From Armatimonadota bacterium (GTDB lineage Bacteria > Armatimonadota > Chthonomonadetes > Chthonomonadales > CAJBBX01), in assembly GCA_026392115.1 (NCBI GenBank), contig JAPLCQ010000031.1, positions 26,776-90,775 on the forward strand: 64,000 bases of DNA, given 5' to 3'. Positions 55,968 through 64,000 of this stretch are shown in pieces. Under the pieces are notes generated by a model. That model did no database searches and was not told the DNA's origin. It worked only from the letters and a program-made list of their open reading frames with translations. The position numbers were made by a program, and so were the translations under genes. Position 1 is the stretch's first letter. Each line of letters starts with the position of its first letter.

Positions 55968-58963
55968 GGGATGATCCTCAGCGTCTCCACGGTGAAGGGA
56001 CCCAGGGGCAGGCGAATACTGCCGCCCGCGGCGTCCAGCTTCTCCTGGTCATCCTCGACGAGGTTGGTGCGCCGGACTTCGGCGGGCTCGGCGGCGAGCG
56101 CCACTTCTGCGGTGCAGCTTGCGCCGGCGGCCTCGTGGAGCCTGACAATGAGGCCTCGGCCGTCCTCAGCCCGCTTCAGCGAGTCGACGATGACGCTGTC
56201 GGGCGTCACGCGAAGCAGTGGCGCTGCCGGGGCGCCCGCCTGACCGGCCGGCATGGGTACGGCAACGGGCGCCATGTTGAAGGCGGCCGCCACGTGGCCC
56301 ACGCGGGCCTCCACGACGTCGCCCGTGTGCGGGTAGAGGCCGTAGCGGAAGCAGTGCTCGGCGCGGTCGGCCGTGGGGTCGGGATAGCCAGGGCTCCGCA
56401 GCAGGTTCAGGTCCAGCGTGGAGCCGTCCAGCCGGTGGCCGTACTTGCAGTTGTTGAGCAGGGCCAGGCCTGCGCCACGGTCGCTCAGGTCCACCCAGCG
56501 CTGGGCGCAGACCTCGAAGCGGGCCGCGTCCCAGGTGGTGTTCGTGTGCGTGGGCCGCTTGATGGAGCCGAACTGGATCTCGCAGGTCGCCTCCGGTGTC
56601 ACCACCGTGGTGGGGAACTGCGCCCGGAGCATCTTGCCGGTCTCGCGCCAGTCGACCCAGGTGTCGAACTCCAGCACGGGTGAGCCCTGCGTGAGGAACG
56701 CCTTCTGCACCATGCGCGAGGCTCCGTAGGCCAGCTCCATGCGGAGGCCCGCCGCGGGGCCGTCGGCGAAGGGCTCGCAGCTCACCAGCTCGAAGGCGCC
56801 GGCGGGCTGGGCTTGGTAGTCGAACGGCATGTCCCACGCGTCGCCCTGGTCGTGGTAGAGCGCCAGCCTGTTGGCGACCTGGCCGGGCTGCACCATTTCG
56901 CGGTCGGTTGCCAGGTCCACGAGGCTCTCCAGGCGACCCTGGGTGTCGAACCGTGCGTGGACGAGGCCGTTATCGAGGCAGTTGTCCGCCACCGTGGGCG
57001 GGGTGGGCTGCGGCGCGGCGTCCAGATCGACGACCGTGCAGGCCAGCGCCGGCAGGTCGGCGCAGACCCAGCCGCCGTCCGCCAGGCGGCTCCAGCCGGT
57101 GCGCGGGGTTGCGCCCGCGTTCATCACCAGGGCCGGGCGGGCGGCTGCCCCTGCGTCGATCGTGGCCGTGAGCGCGGTTAGGGCCGATGCGGTGAGCGCC
57201 TGCGTCCGGGCCAGTAGGTCGGCGTAGCGCGCCAGCGACTCGGCGTAGACCCGACCGATGGACGAGCCCGGCAGGATGTCGTGGAACTGGTAGAGCAGCG
57301 TCTCCTTCCAGATCTCCTCGATCTCGGCGGCGGGATAGGCGGTGCCGGATGCCTGGGCCAGCACGCAGGCGAACTCGGCCTCCTGCAGGGACTGCTCCAT
57401 GCGCCGGTTGTACTGCTTGTTCCTGGCCTGGGTGGTGTAGGTGCCCTGGTGGCGCTCCAGGTAGAGTTCGCCGGCCCAGCCGCGCAGGCGGTCGTTGTGC
57501 CTCAGTATCCGCTCGAAGAAGGCCTGCGAGGGCTCCTGCACCACGGGCGAGAGGCCCGCCAGGTCCTTCTCGCGGAGCAGCCGTTCCAGATGCTCCTCGC
57601 CGGGCCCGCCGCCGCCGTCGCCGATGCCGAAGAGAACGAGGCACTCGTCCGAGACGGCCTTGTCGTGGAACTCGCGCTCGGCCTTGGCGATGGCCCGCGG
57701 CGCGGCAGACGAGTTGTAGGTATCCTCCGGCGGCGTATGCGCGAGGACCTCGGAGCCGTCGATGCCCTTCCAGCGGAACGTGTGGTGCGGCATCCGGTTT
57801 ACGGTGTTCCAGGAGAGCTTCTGGGTCATGAACCAGTCGCAGCCCGCCTTGCGGAGCAACTGCGGCAGCGCGCCGGAGTAGCCGAAGACGTCGGGGAGCC
57901 AGAGGCCCTTCACGTCGATGCCGAACTCCTCGCGGTAGAAGCGCTTGCCGTAGAGGATCTGCCGGGCCAGCGACTCGCCGCTGGGCACGTTGGCGTCGGC
58001 CTCCACCCACATGCAGCCCTGCACCTCCCAGCGCCCCTCTGCCACGCGCTGCTTGATCCGCTCGTAGAGGCGCGGGTGCATCCGCTTCATCCAGTCATAG
58101 AGCTGTGGCTGGCTGGCGCCGAAGACGAAGTCCGGGTACCGGTCCATCAGCTCGAGCACGGTGGCGAAGGTGCGGGCGCCTTTACGGTAGGTCTCGCGGA
58201 GGGGCCATAGCCAGGCCAGGTCGATGTGCGCGTGGCCGATGGCCGAGACGGTGAGGGATGCATCGCCGCCCCGCTTGGCCAGCTCGGGCGCCAGGATGGC
58301 CCGTGCTTCGGCCGCGTTGGCCTCGGTGAGTTCGAGCATCACGCCGGCCGCTCGGTCCAGGGCGTCCCAGATGCGGTGGCGCCGGGCCGAACCTTCGGGT
58401 AGCTGCAGCATCAACTCGCCTAGCACCTCGCAGTCATAACTGAGGGCGCGGAGGTTCGGGTTGACGGTGACGATGCGCGCTTCGCGGACCGTGCCTTTGT
58501 CGCGTAGCTCACCGAAGAGGTCGTTGCAGCCCGCGTCTACCCAGAGGTCGATGGCCTCGCCGCCCGCGGCGCAGTCGGTAACCGGCACAACGCGCTTGCC
58601 CGGGTTGCCCAGGCTGTGGTCATAGCCGGAGCTCACGTTGGTCAGGCCCAGCCGAGGCTCGCCCTGGGCATCGACCACGAGGCCTTCCCCGCTCAGGTCG
58701 ACGAGCAGCGCCACGGGCTTGCCGGCGCACTCGGCGGGCACGGCGCCGGTGAAGTGGAACCAGGCGCAGTCGAAGAGGCCGCCCCACTTGTCGCCGGGCT
58801 TCGGCGTGATCCGGGCGCCTGAGGTGCGCTCGGCGAAGGGGACAGGCTCGGCGGTCTGCCACGCCTCGATGTCGAGTTGCGCGGCGGTGATGTAGACGAC
58901 ATCGGCGATGCGGCGACCCAGATGCTCAAGGTCGCGGCGTCGCTGGTCGCGGATGTAGGGCAT
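55964..58963 (-). CDS. GH38 alpha-mannosidase
   Basis: GHAHIDLAWLWPLRET, a GH38 central domain, and C-terminal beta-sandwich regions. Start chosen at MPYIRDQ; the ORF is open to 59017. Confidence 0.85.
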   Translation of the reverse strand: MPYIRDQRRRDLEHLGRRIADVVYITAAQLDIEAWQTAEPVPFAERTSGARITPKPGDKWGGLFDCAWFHFTGAVPAECAGKPVALLVDLSGEGLVVDAQGEPRLGLTNVSSGYDHSLGNPGKRVVPVTDCAAGGEAIDLWVDAGCNDLFGELRDKGTVREARIVTVNPNLRALSYDCEVLGELMLQLPEGSARRHRIWDALDRAAGVMLELTEANAAEARAILAPELAKRGGDASLTVSAIGHAHIDLAWLWPLRETYRKGARTFATVLELMDRYPDFVFGASQPQLYDWMKRMHPRLYERIKQRVAEGRWEVQGCMWVEADANVPSGESLARQILYGKRFYREEFGIDVKGLWLPDVFGYSGALPQLLRKAGCDWFMTQKLSWNTVNRMPHHTFRWKGIDGSEVLAHTPPEDTYNSSAAPRAIAKAEREFHDKAVSDECLVLFGIGDGGGGPGEEHLERLLREKDLAGLSPVVQEPSQAFFERILRHNDRLRGWAGELYLERHQGTYTTQARNKQYNRRMEQSLQEAEFACVLAQASGTAYPAAEIEEIWKETLLYQFHDILPGSSIGRVYAESLARYADLLARTQALTASALTALTATIDAGAAARPALVMNAGATPRTGWSRLADGGWVCADLPALACTVVDLDAAPQPTPPTVADNCLDNGLVHARFDTQGRLESLVDLATDREMVQPGQVANRLALYHDQGDAWDMPFDYQAQPAGAFELVSCEPFADGPAAGLRMELAYGASRMVQKAFLTQGSPVLEFDTWVDWRETGKMLRAQFPTTVVTPEATCEIQFGSIKRPTHTNTTWDAARFEVCAQRWVDLSDRGAGLALLNNCKYGHRLDGSTLDLNLLRSPGYPDPTADRAEHCFRYGLYPHTGDVVEARVGHVAAAFNMAPVAVPMPAGQAGAPAAPLLRVTPDSVIVDSLKRAEDGRGLIVRLHEAAGASCTAEVALAAEPAEVRRTNLVEDDQEKLDAAGGSIRLPLGPFTVETLRIIP

Positions 58964-59122
58964 AGCGAGGAGCTCCCGTTGCGGCGGCGTTGCGGGTGGC
59001 GGACAGAACCGCCGCACCGGCCCCTAAGTTGGCCGCGCGGGGCCGGAACTCCTGCCCAAGAGGCCGCATCTGGGCGGCGCTGGTGGGTCGTGATGATGGC
59101 GCCCATGGCGGATGCCTCGCAC

Positions 59123-60169
59123 GGACGGACCTTGGCGCATGTGAAGGGTCAGCGAATTCCGTATACGGGTAGTGCATGAGTGGACGGCTCTGTGGTGATC
59201 CGGTTGCCTCGGATGCGCCTGAGCGGCTTCGTTCCTGGCTTCCTGCGGCCACAGCACCGTGCGATAGCGGAGGTGGACGCGTGGGTCGAGCGGGCCCTGC
59301 TGTGCGGCGTGAGCCGGTCGGAGCTGTGCCAGCTCATGTCGATCGTCACGGGTTTTGTGCCGGCCCCGTCGGTACTGGCCCGTGTGGAGGCCACGCTGGA
59401 CGCGAAGGTCAAGCAGTTCAAGGAGCGTCGGCTACCGTCGGTCTATGAGTACCTGTACCTGGATGCGGCCTGGGTGAAGGACCTGATCGGCCGAACGACG
59501 GGTCGGGTCTGTGTGCTCATGGCGATCGGCGTCACAACTGATGGTCGAAAGGAGATCCTGGGCTTTGAGCGTGTTCAGCGTGAGAGCGGCTCGTTCTGGC
59601 GCGGGTTCCTAACCCGTCTGGTGGCTCGCGGACTGGCGCCTGATCGGCTACACCTGGTGATATCGGACGAGCACCGTGGCCTCCTCGAAGCCGTCCCTGA
59701 GGTTCTGGGCGACGTGCCGCACCAGCTCTGCTGGGCGCACCGGATGCACAACGTGCACGATGCGGTAGTGGTGGCGCATCGGGTTGAGGTTCGCGACGGA
59801 CTGCGAGGCGTTTACGAGGCCGGAAGCCTGACCGAGGCCGATGCCAGGCTACGGGCGTTCTGTCGGCGCTGGGGTTCGACGTACCCCAACCTCGCCGCCA
59901 AGCTGTTGGGCGACGCCCGCTACCTTCTGGTCTGCTTCTCCGAGCCGCCCTGCCGCCGCGAGTACCTTCGGACCACCAACCCGATCGAGCGCACCTTCCG
60001 CGAGGTCCGGCGTTGGCGACGCGGCTGCGACGCGTTCGCAGACGTCAAGTCGTGCGACCGTACCTTCTTCAAGGTCTCATACCTGCTGAACGAGAGGCGG
60101 GCAACCCACGACCTGTGGTACAAGCGCCGCAAGTTGCCCGAGCCGGCACAGGACGGACGGACGCCGTAG
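59123..60169 (+). mobile_element. IS256-family (mutator-type) transposase gene, decayed: in-frame TGA at 59177-59179 and a missing or unrecognisable N-terminus
   Basis: The ORF 59180-60169 has IRLPRMRLSGFVPGFL, YLYLDAAWVKD, LVISDEHRGL and TTNPIERTFREVRRWRR (DDE triad context). The same frame upstream reads GRTLAHVKGQRIPY, which resembles the ERT...QRNGY segment. No terminal inverted repeats found. Confidence 0.7.
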
Positions 60170-60300
60170 GCTCAGCCGGTCGGCTGCGTGGAGCTCCAAG
60201 CTAAGCTCAGGCGCGGCCGACCGGCGGGACAACCGAGAAACATGAGAGCAAGACCCGCCCACGACAAGGGCAGGAGCACGGAACCAGTTACACACACCAG

Positions 60301-60330
60301 TTGACACGACCGGGCTCACGGACGTATCTT
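60301..60330 (+). promoter_or_regulatory. Candidate promoter for the DUF11 genes: TTGACA-18-TATCTT
   Basis: -35 at 60301-60306 and -10 at 60325-60330. This would give a leader of about 220 nt. Confidence 0.3.
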
Positions 60331-60555
60331 GCGCCATGTTAAGATCGGTGGTACCATGGCCACTACGAATTGAGCACCACGGTAGCGGTCCATGACGAGC
60401 GGTACTGGATCTGTGCGTTGGGCGTCGCATGAACGGTTCGCACAGCCTGTGGTCGTCCTGTGTCCCTACAACCGACCCAAGTGGCGGGCGGGAGCTCATA
60501 TCGTGCCGATCGCGACACAGCTGTCGCCGCAACCGCGCTGATCTCAGGAGGAACG

Positions 60556-61086
60556 ATGAACCGTAAGCTAGCCATACCGGTCCTGCTGGCCGCATGCCTT
60601 GGCCTGTCGGCGCAGGTGGCCGCCGTCGCTCAGACGAAGCCCGCTGGTGATGTGGTGTCGAGCCTGACGGCTCACCGCATCGTTCGAGACGGCAAGGGTG
60701 TTGAGACCAAGGTGACCGCAGAGGCTGCCCGGCCGGGCGATACTATCGAGTACGCCCTGACCTACACAAACGGGAGCGAGAAGCCGATTCGGAACCTCAA
60801 GGCGACGCTGCCGATCCCGGTCCGCACTGAGTTCCTCCCGAATACTGCAGAGCCTGCCGACATCCTGGCCAGCGTGGACGGGCGCACCTATGCGGCGCCT
60901 CCCCTCACGCGTAAGGTCTCACTGCCTGGAGGCAAGACCCGTACTGAGAACGTCCCACTGGACGAGTACCGCTACGTTCGCTGGACGGTTGCGGATCTAG
61001 GTCCAGCCAAGTCGACGACGCTTCACCTACGAGTCAGGGTGCTTCCGGGTGACAGGAAGGGGGGTGCAGCCAAGCCCTCTCGTTGA
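60556..61086 (+). CDS. Secreted single-domain DUF11 (conserved repeat domain) protein
   Basis: AGGAGG RBS and signal peptide MNRKLAIPVLLAACLGLSAQVAAVAQ. ARPGDTIEYALTYTNGSEKPIRNL is the DUF11 core. Confidence 0.7.
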   Translation: MNRKLAIPVLLAACLGLSAQVAAVAQTKPAGDVVSSLTAHRIVRDGKGVETKVTAEAARPGDTIEYALTYTNGSEKPIRNLKATLPIPVRTEFLPNTAEPADILASVDGRTYAAPPLTRKVSLPGGKTRTENVPLDEYRYVRWTVADLGPAKSTTLHLRVRVLPGDRKGGAAKPSR

Positions 61087-61301
61087 CGTAGTGCGCTGTT
61101 TCCTGTAGGCGCGTGTCTGTTCCAGTGCCTCAGATCCACCCCCTGATACCGGCCGGCGTCCAAGACGCTGCGGCCGGACCTGTGAAGTAGCCGCACCGCA
61201 GCAAGCATCGCAGGTCCAGTATCTGTAGCCATGCACCAAGCGCGGTCTGGCGCCGCGTGTCCGATGACGGATCACTCTGAGAGCAATAAGGGGAACGAGT
61301 C

Positions 61302-63929
61302 ATGAGAGTCGGGAGGATTGGGCTAATCGCTACCGCGCTCTGTGCGGTCGCGCTCACAGGATGGGCAGGCAAGGCCGATGCGCAGATGCCGCCGGCCGGT
61401 GCAACCATCGGCAACCAGGCATCTGCCACGTACACCGATGGCTCCGGCGTATCGCGAACCGTCAGTTCCAACGTCGTAACCACGATCGTCCAGCAGGTCG
61501 CCGCCCTCACGCTGACCATGGACAACACCAAGGTCGCGGTAGCCGGCGGCAAGGTCTGGTACCCGCACACCCTGACCAACACAGGCAACGGGACCGACAC
61601 GTTCTCGCTGCTACTCACCCAGTTGGCCACCGACAACTTCGACCTCGCGGGCGCTCTCATCTACCCCGACGCCGACGGTGATGGTGTGCCCGACTCCGGC
61701 GCAGCCGCTATTACGAGCACAGGCCCGTTGGTGGCCGGCGGATCGTTCCGGTTCGTGATCGAAGGCTCGATCCCGGGCAGCGCGACGAACGGGCAGAACT
61801 CCGTCGTCACGATCAAGGGCACCAGCGCCTTCGCGGCCGGCGTGACCGCGCTGAACACGGACACCGTGTCCGTCACGCAGAACGCCGTGATCACCGCGAC
61901 CAAGGGCATCGACGTCCAGACCGGCGCGGCGCCCAGCGGACCGTACACCTATACCGTTACGTACACGAACAACGGTATCGGCGCGGCCAGTAACCTCAAG
62001 GTCGAGGACATCGTCCCGGCCGGCATGACCTATGTTCCAGGCAGCGCGCGCTGGAGCCGATCGGGCGGCACGGCGCTGACCGACGCGACGGGCGGTGACC
62101 CGTCTGGGATCGCTTATGACTTCGGCCAGACCACCGGCAACGCCCTGACCGCCGTGATCGCTTCGGTTCCGCAAGGGGCCCGCGAAACCCTTACCTTCCA
62201 GGTGATGGTCGCATCCGGCACGCTGGCGGGTACCATCACGAACACGGCCACCCTCAGCTACAACGACGGCACCGGCACCACTGTAGCCGGCTCCACCAAC
62301 GGCGCTCCGTTCACCGTCGCCAAGGCGGCCGGCGTCACCATCACCGGCGATACCGTGGCCTCCGCCGCCCAGGGCGGCACGGTCACCTTCAACAACGTGG
62401 TGACTAATACCGGCAACGCCACGGACATCATCGACATCCTGCTGCAGAACAGCACGTTCCCGGCCGGCACCACCTTCCAGCTCTACAAGAGCGACGGCGT
62501 CACTCCGCTGACGGCCTCGGAAGGCAGCCAGTATCCCGACACCGGCCCCTTGGCGCCCGGTCAGTCCTACACCGTGGTCCTGAAGGCGACGCTGCCTCCA
62601 GGGTTCTCCGGCAACGGACCCTACACAGTGCAGAAGAAGGCGATGTCGGATAACGATGGCACGGTGTTCGCCGTCGCCACCGACAGCCTCGGCGCCGTTC
62701 TCGCCAACGCCGTCGACCTTACCAACGATGCACCGTACAGCGCCACGGTTCCCGCACCCGGCCAGGGCCAGGGTCCTGAAACGAACCCGGTGACCACCCT
62801 CACCACGAACCCGGGGAGCACGGTCCGCTTCACGCTGTATGTGAACAACCGCAGTTCCGTGACGGACAGCTTCTCGCTTCAGGCCAGCCTGGATAAGACC
62901 TTCGCCAACATGACCTTGCCGCCTGGTATGACCGTCTCCTTCAAGGATTCTGGCGGTGCGGTGATCACCACAACCGGCGCCATCGCTGCCGGCGGCAGCA
63001 AGGTGGTCTACGCGGACATGTTCGTCCCGTCCACCACTCCGCCCGGCACGGTGTCCGGCTACTTCCGCGCCATCTCACCGACCAGCGGCGCGTTCGACAT
63101 CAAGCATGACGCAATCACCGTACAGACGCTCCGCAGCATATCCATCCAGCCCGACGGCAACGGCCAGGTCCAGCCCGGCGGCTCGGTAGTCTATGCCCAC
63201 ACCGTGACCAACACGGGTAATGTGCTGGAAGGCTCCGGATCGGCTACTAGCTCGACCACGTCGACCCTGGTCGATAGCCAGCCCGGGTGGTCGTCGGCGG
63301 TCTACTACGACGCCAACGGAAACGGTGTCCTCGATATCACCGACCCGATCATCACCGACCTGTCGCCCATGGGCGGCATCGCCCCCGGCGCCTCCAAGAC
63401 CATCTTCGTCAAGGTCTACTCGCCGGCAGGCGCCCCGGTGGGCGCTATCGACACTACGACGGTCACACTGACCACCGACCAGGGCATCTATCAGGTGGCG
63501 GCGCCGCCTGCGGTGAACAGCCACGACACCACGACCGTCATCTCGGGCCAACTCCAGATCATCAAGGAGCAGGCTCTCGATGCCAACGGTGACGGTACTG
63601 CCGAGACCGCGTTCGGCACCACCAACCTGACCACCGGCGCCGTGCCGGGCGCCTGCATCCGATACCGGATCAGGCTCACCAACAACGGCACCACTCCTGC
63701 CACCACGGTGGTTCTGAGTGATGCCACGCCCAGGTGGACTACGTACCACCTGGGTGACGGCTCGACGAGCCCGACCGGCAAGGCCTGCATGAGCACGGAC
63801 AACAACACCACGTTCGTGGCCATCACGGCACCGGCCGCTGACGGCACCGGCACCTTCAGTGCCAGCGTCGCCACCATCGCTCCGGGGCAGACGGTCTACG
63901 TCTACTTCGGCGTCAAGATCAAGCAGTAG
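61302..63929 (+). CDS. Large secreted DUF11-repeat surface protein (875 aa, several tandem Ig-like repeats)
   Basis: Signal peptide. Recurrent pattern G..v.Y..t.TN.GN..d.f.l (e.g. VWYPHTLTNTGNGTDTFSL, VTFNNVVTNTGNATDIIDI, VVYAHTVTNTGNVLEG, IRYRIRLTNNGTTPAT). Confidence 0.75.
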   Translation: MRVGRIGLIATALCAVALTGWAGKADAQMPPAGATIGNQASATYTDGSGVSRTVSSNVVTTIVQQVAALTLTMDNTKVAVAGGKVWYPHTLTNTGNGTDTFSLLLTQLATDNFDLAGALIYPDADGDGVPDSGAAAITSTGPLVAGGSFRFVIEGSIPGSATNGQNSVVTIKGTSAFAAGVTALNTDTVSVTQNAVITATKGIDVQTGAAPSGPYTYTVTYTNNGIGAASNLKVEDIVPAGMTYVPGSARWSRSGGTALTDATGGDPSGIAYDFGQTTGNALTAVIASVPQGARETLTFQVMVASGTLAGTITNTATLSYNDGTGTTVAGSTNGAPFTVAKAAGVTITGDTVASAAQGGTVTFNNVVTNTGNATDIIDILLQNSTFPAGTTFQLYKSDGVTPLTASEGSQYPDTGPLAPGQSYTVVLKATLPPGFSGNGPYTVQKKAMSDNDGTVFAVATDSLGAVLANAVDLTNDAPYSATVPAPGQGQGPETNPVTTLTTNPGSTVRFTLYVNNRSSVTDSFSLQASLDKTFANMTLPPGMTVSFKDSGGAVITTTGAIAAGGSKVVYADMFVPSTTPPGTVSGYFRAISPTSGAFDIKHDAITVQTLRSISIQPDGNGQVQPGGSVVYAHTVTNTGNVLEGSGSATSSTTSTLVDSQPGWSSAVYYDANGNGVLDITDPIITDLSPMGGIAPGASKTIFVKVYSPAGAPVGAIDTTTVTLTTDQGIYQVAAPPAVNSHDTTTVISGQLQIIKEQALDANGDGTAETAFGTTNLTTGAVPGACIRYRIRLTNNGTTPATTVVLSDATPRWTTYHLGDGSTSPTGKACMSTDNNTTFVAITAPAADGTGTFSASVATIAPGQTVYVYFGVKIKQ

Positions 63930-63936
63930 GGACAGC

Positions 63937-63974
63937 GTGGGCTCCACCGTGCACCGCTGCACGGTGGAGCCCAC
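63937..63974 (+). terminator. Strong hairpin after the DUF11 gene (17-bp perfect stem, 4-nt loop, no U-tract)
   Basis: gtgggctccaccgtgca (63937-63953) / tgcacggtggagcccac (63958-63974). Confidence 0.55.
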
Positions 63975-64000
63975 CGCACCGCTGCCGTGCTACCCAGGGT

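Noticed and set aside
59177-59179. In-frame TGA in the transposase frame as selenocysteine or programmed read-through
   Set aside because: There is no SECIS-like hairpin immediately downstream, and IS256 transposases are not known to use recoding. The degraded upstream similarity fits pseudogenisation better.
59049-60276. 9-nt inverted repeat (ctcctgccc at 59049-59057 / gggcaggag at 60268-60276) as possible IS256 terminal repeats
   Set aside because: It is too short and not at plausible element ends, and I saw no flanking target-site duplication. It is compatible with chance.

Overview
GC-rich bacterial chromosomal window; third codon positions are almost always G/C, so every frame carries long spurious ORFs. 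I found no rRNA, tRNA or CRISPR array.

**1-24 kb, core housekeeping.**
- The distal end of a division/cell-wall (dcw) cluster: ftsW-murG-murC-ftsQ-DUF881-sbp-ftsA, followed by two tandem, full-length, apparently functional ftsZ genes. This is the most unusual feature of the window.
- A convergent three-gene GT4 glycosyltransferase operon.
- rpmE-DUF1385-prfA-prmC.
- A TPR lipoprotein.
- A MarR-type regulator with a C-terminal Cys cluster, next to a NifS-like cysteine desulfurase.
- rpoD behind a textbook TTGACA-17-TACAAT promoter.
- A GlmU-like nucleotidyltransferase.
- A ~640-nt non-coding gap containing nested long-range helices (candidate structured RNA).
- groES-groEL behind a perfect CIRCE operator.

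**24-33 kb.**
- A secreted FGE-sulfatase-domain protein, an MBL-fold hydrolase and GlcG.
- An uncharacterised pair: a small cytoplasmic lamin-tail-domain protein and a 649-aa polytopic membrane protein.
- nrdR-nrdJ (class II ribonucleotide reductase).

**33-59 kb, accessory-looking glycan-degradation island.**
- A 1386-aa multidomain rhamnosidase-family hydrolase, a GH78-like hydrolase and a GH-A-like TIM-barrel hydrolase.
- GH38 alpha-mannosidase and CE7 acetyl esterase.
- Two URO-D-like proteins, a Tat-exported Gfo/Idh/MocA oxidoreductase and FAD oxidoreductases.
- A secreted HEAT-repeat protein and a NYN/LOTUS RNA-binding protein.

**59-64 kb.** The island ends at a decayed IS256-family transposase. 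Two secreted DUF11-repeat surface proteins follow, running to the window edge.

All family assignments rest on motifs I recognise by eye; no database search was run. The lineage guess (a Terrabacteria-like, glycan-degrading phylum such as Armatimonadota or Chloroflexota) is low-confidence inference.
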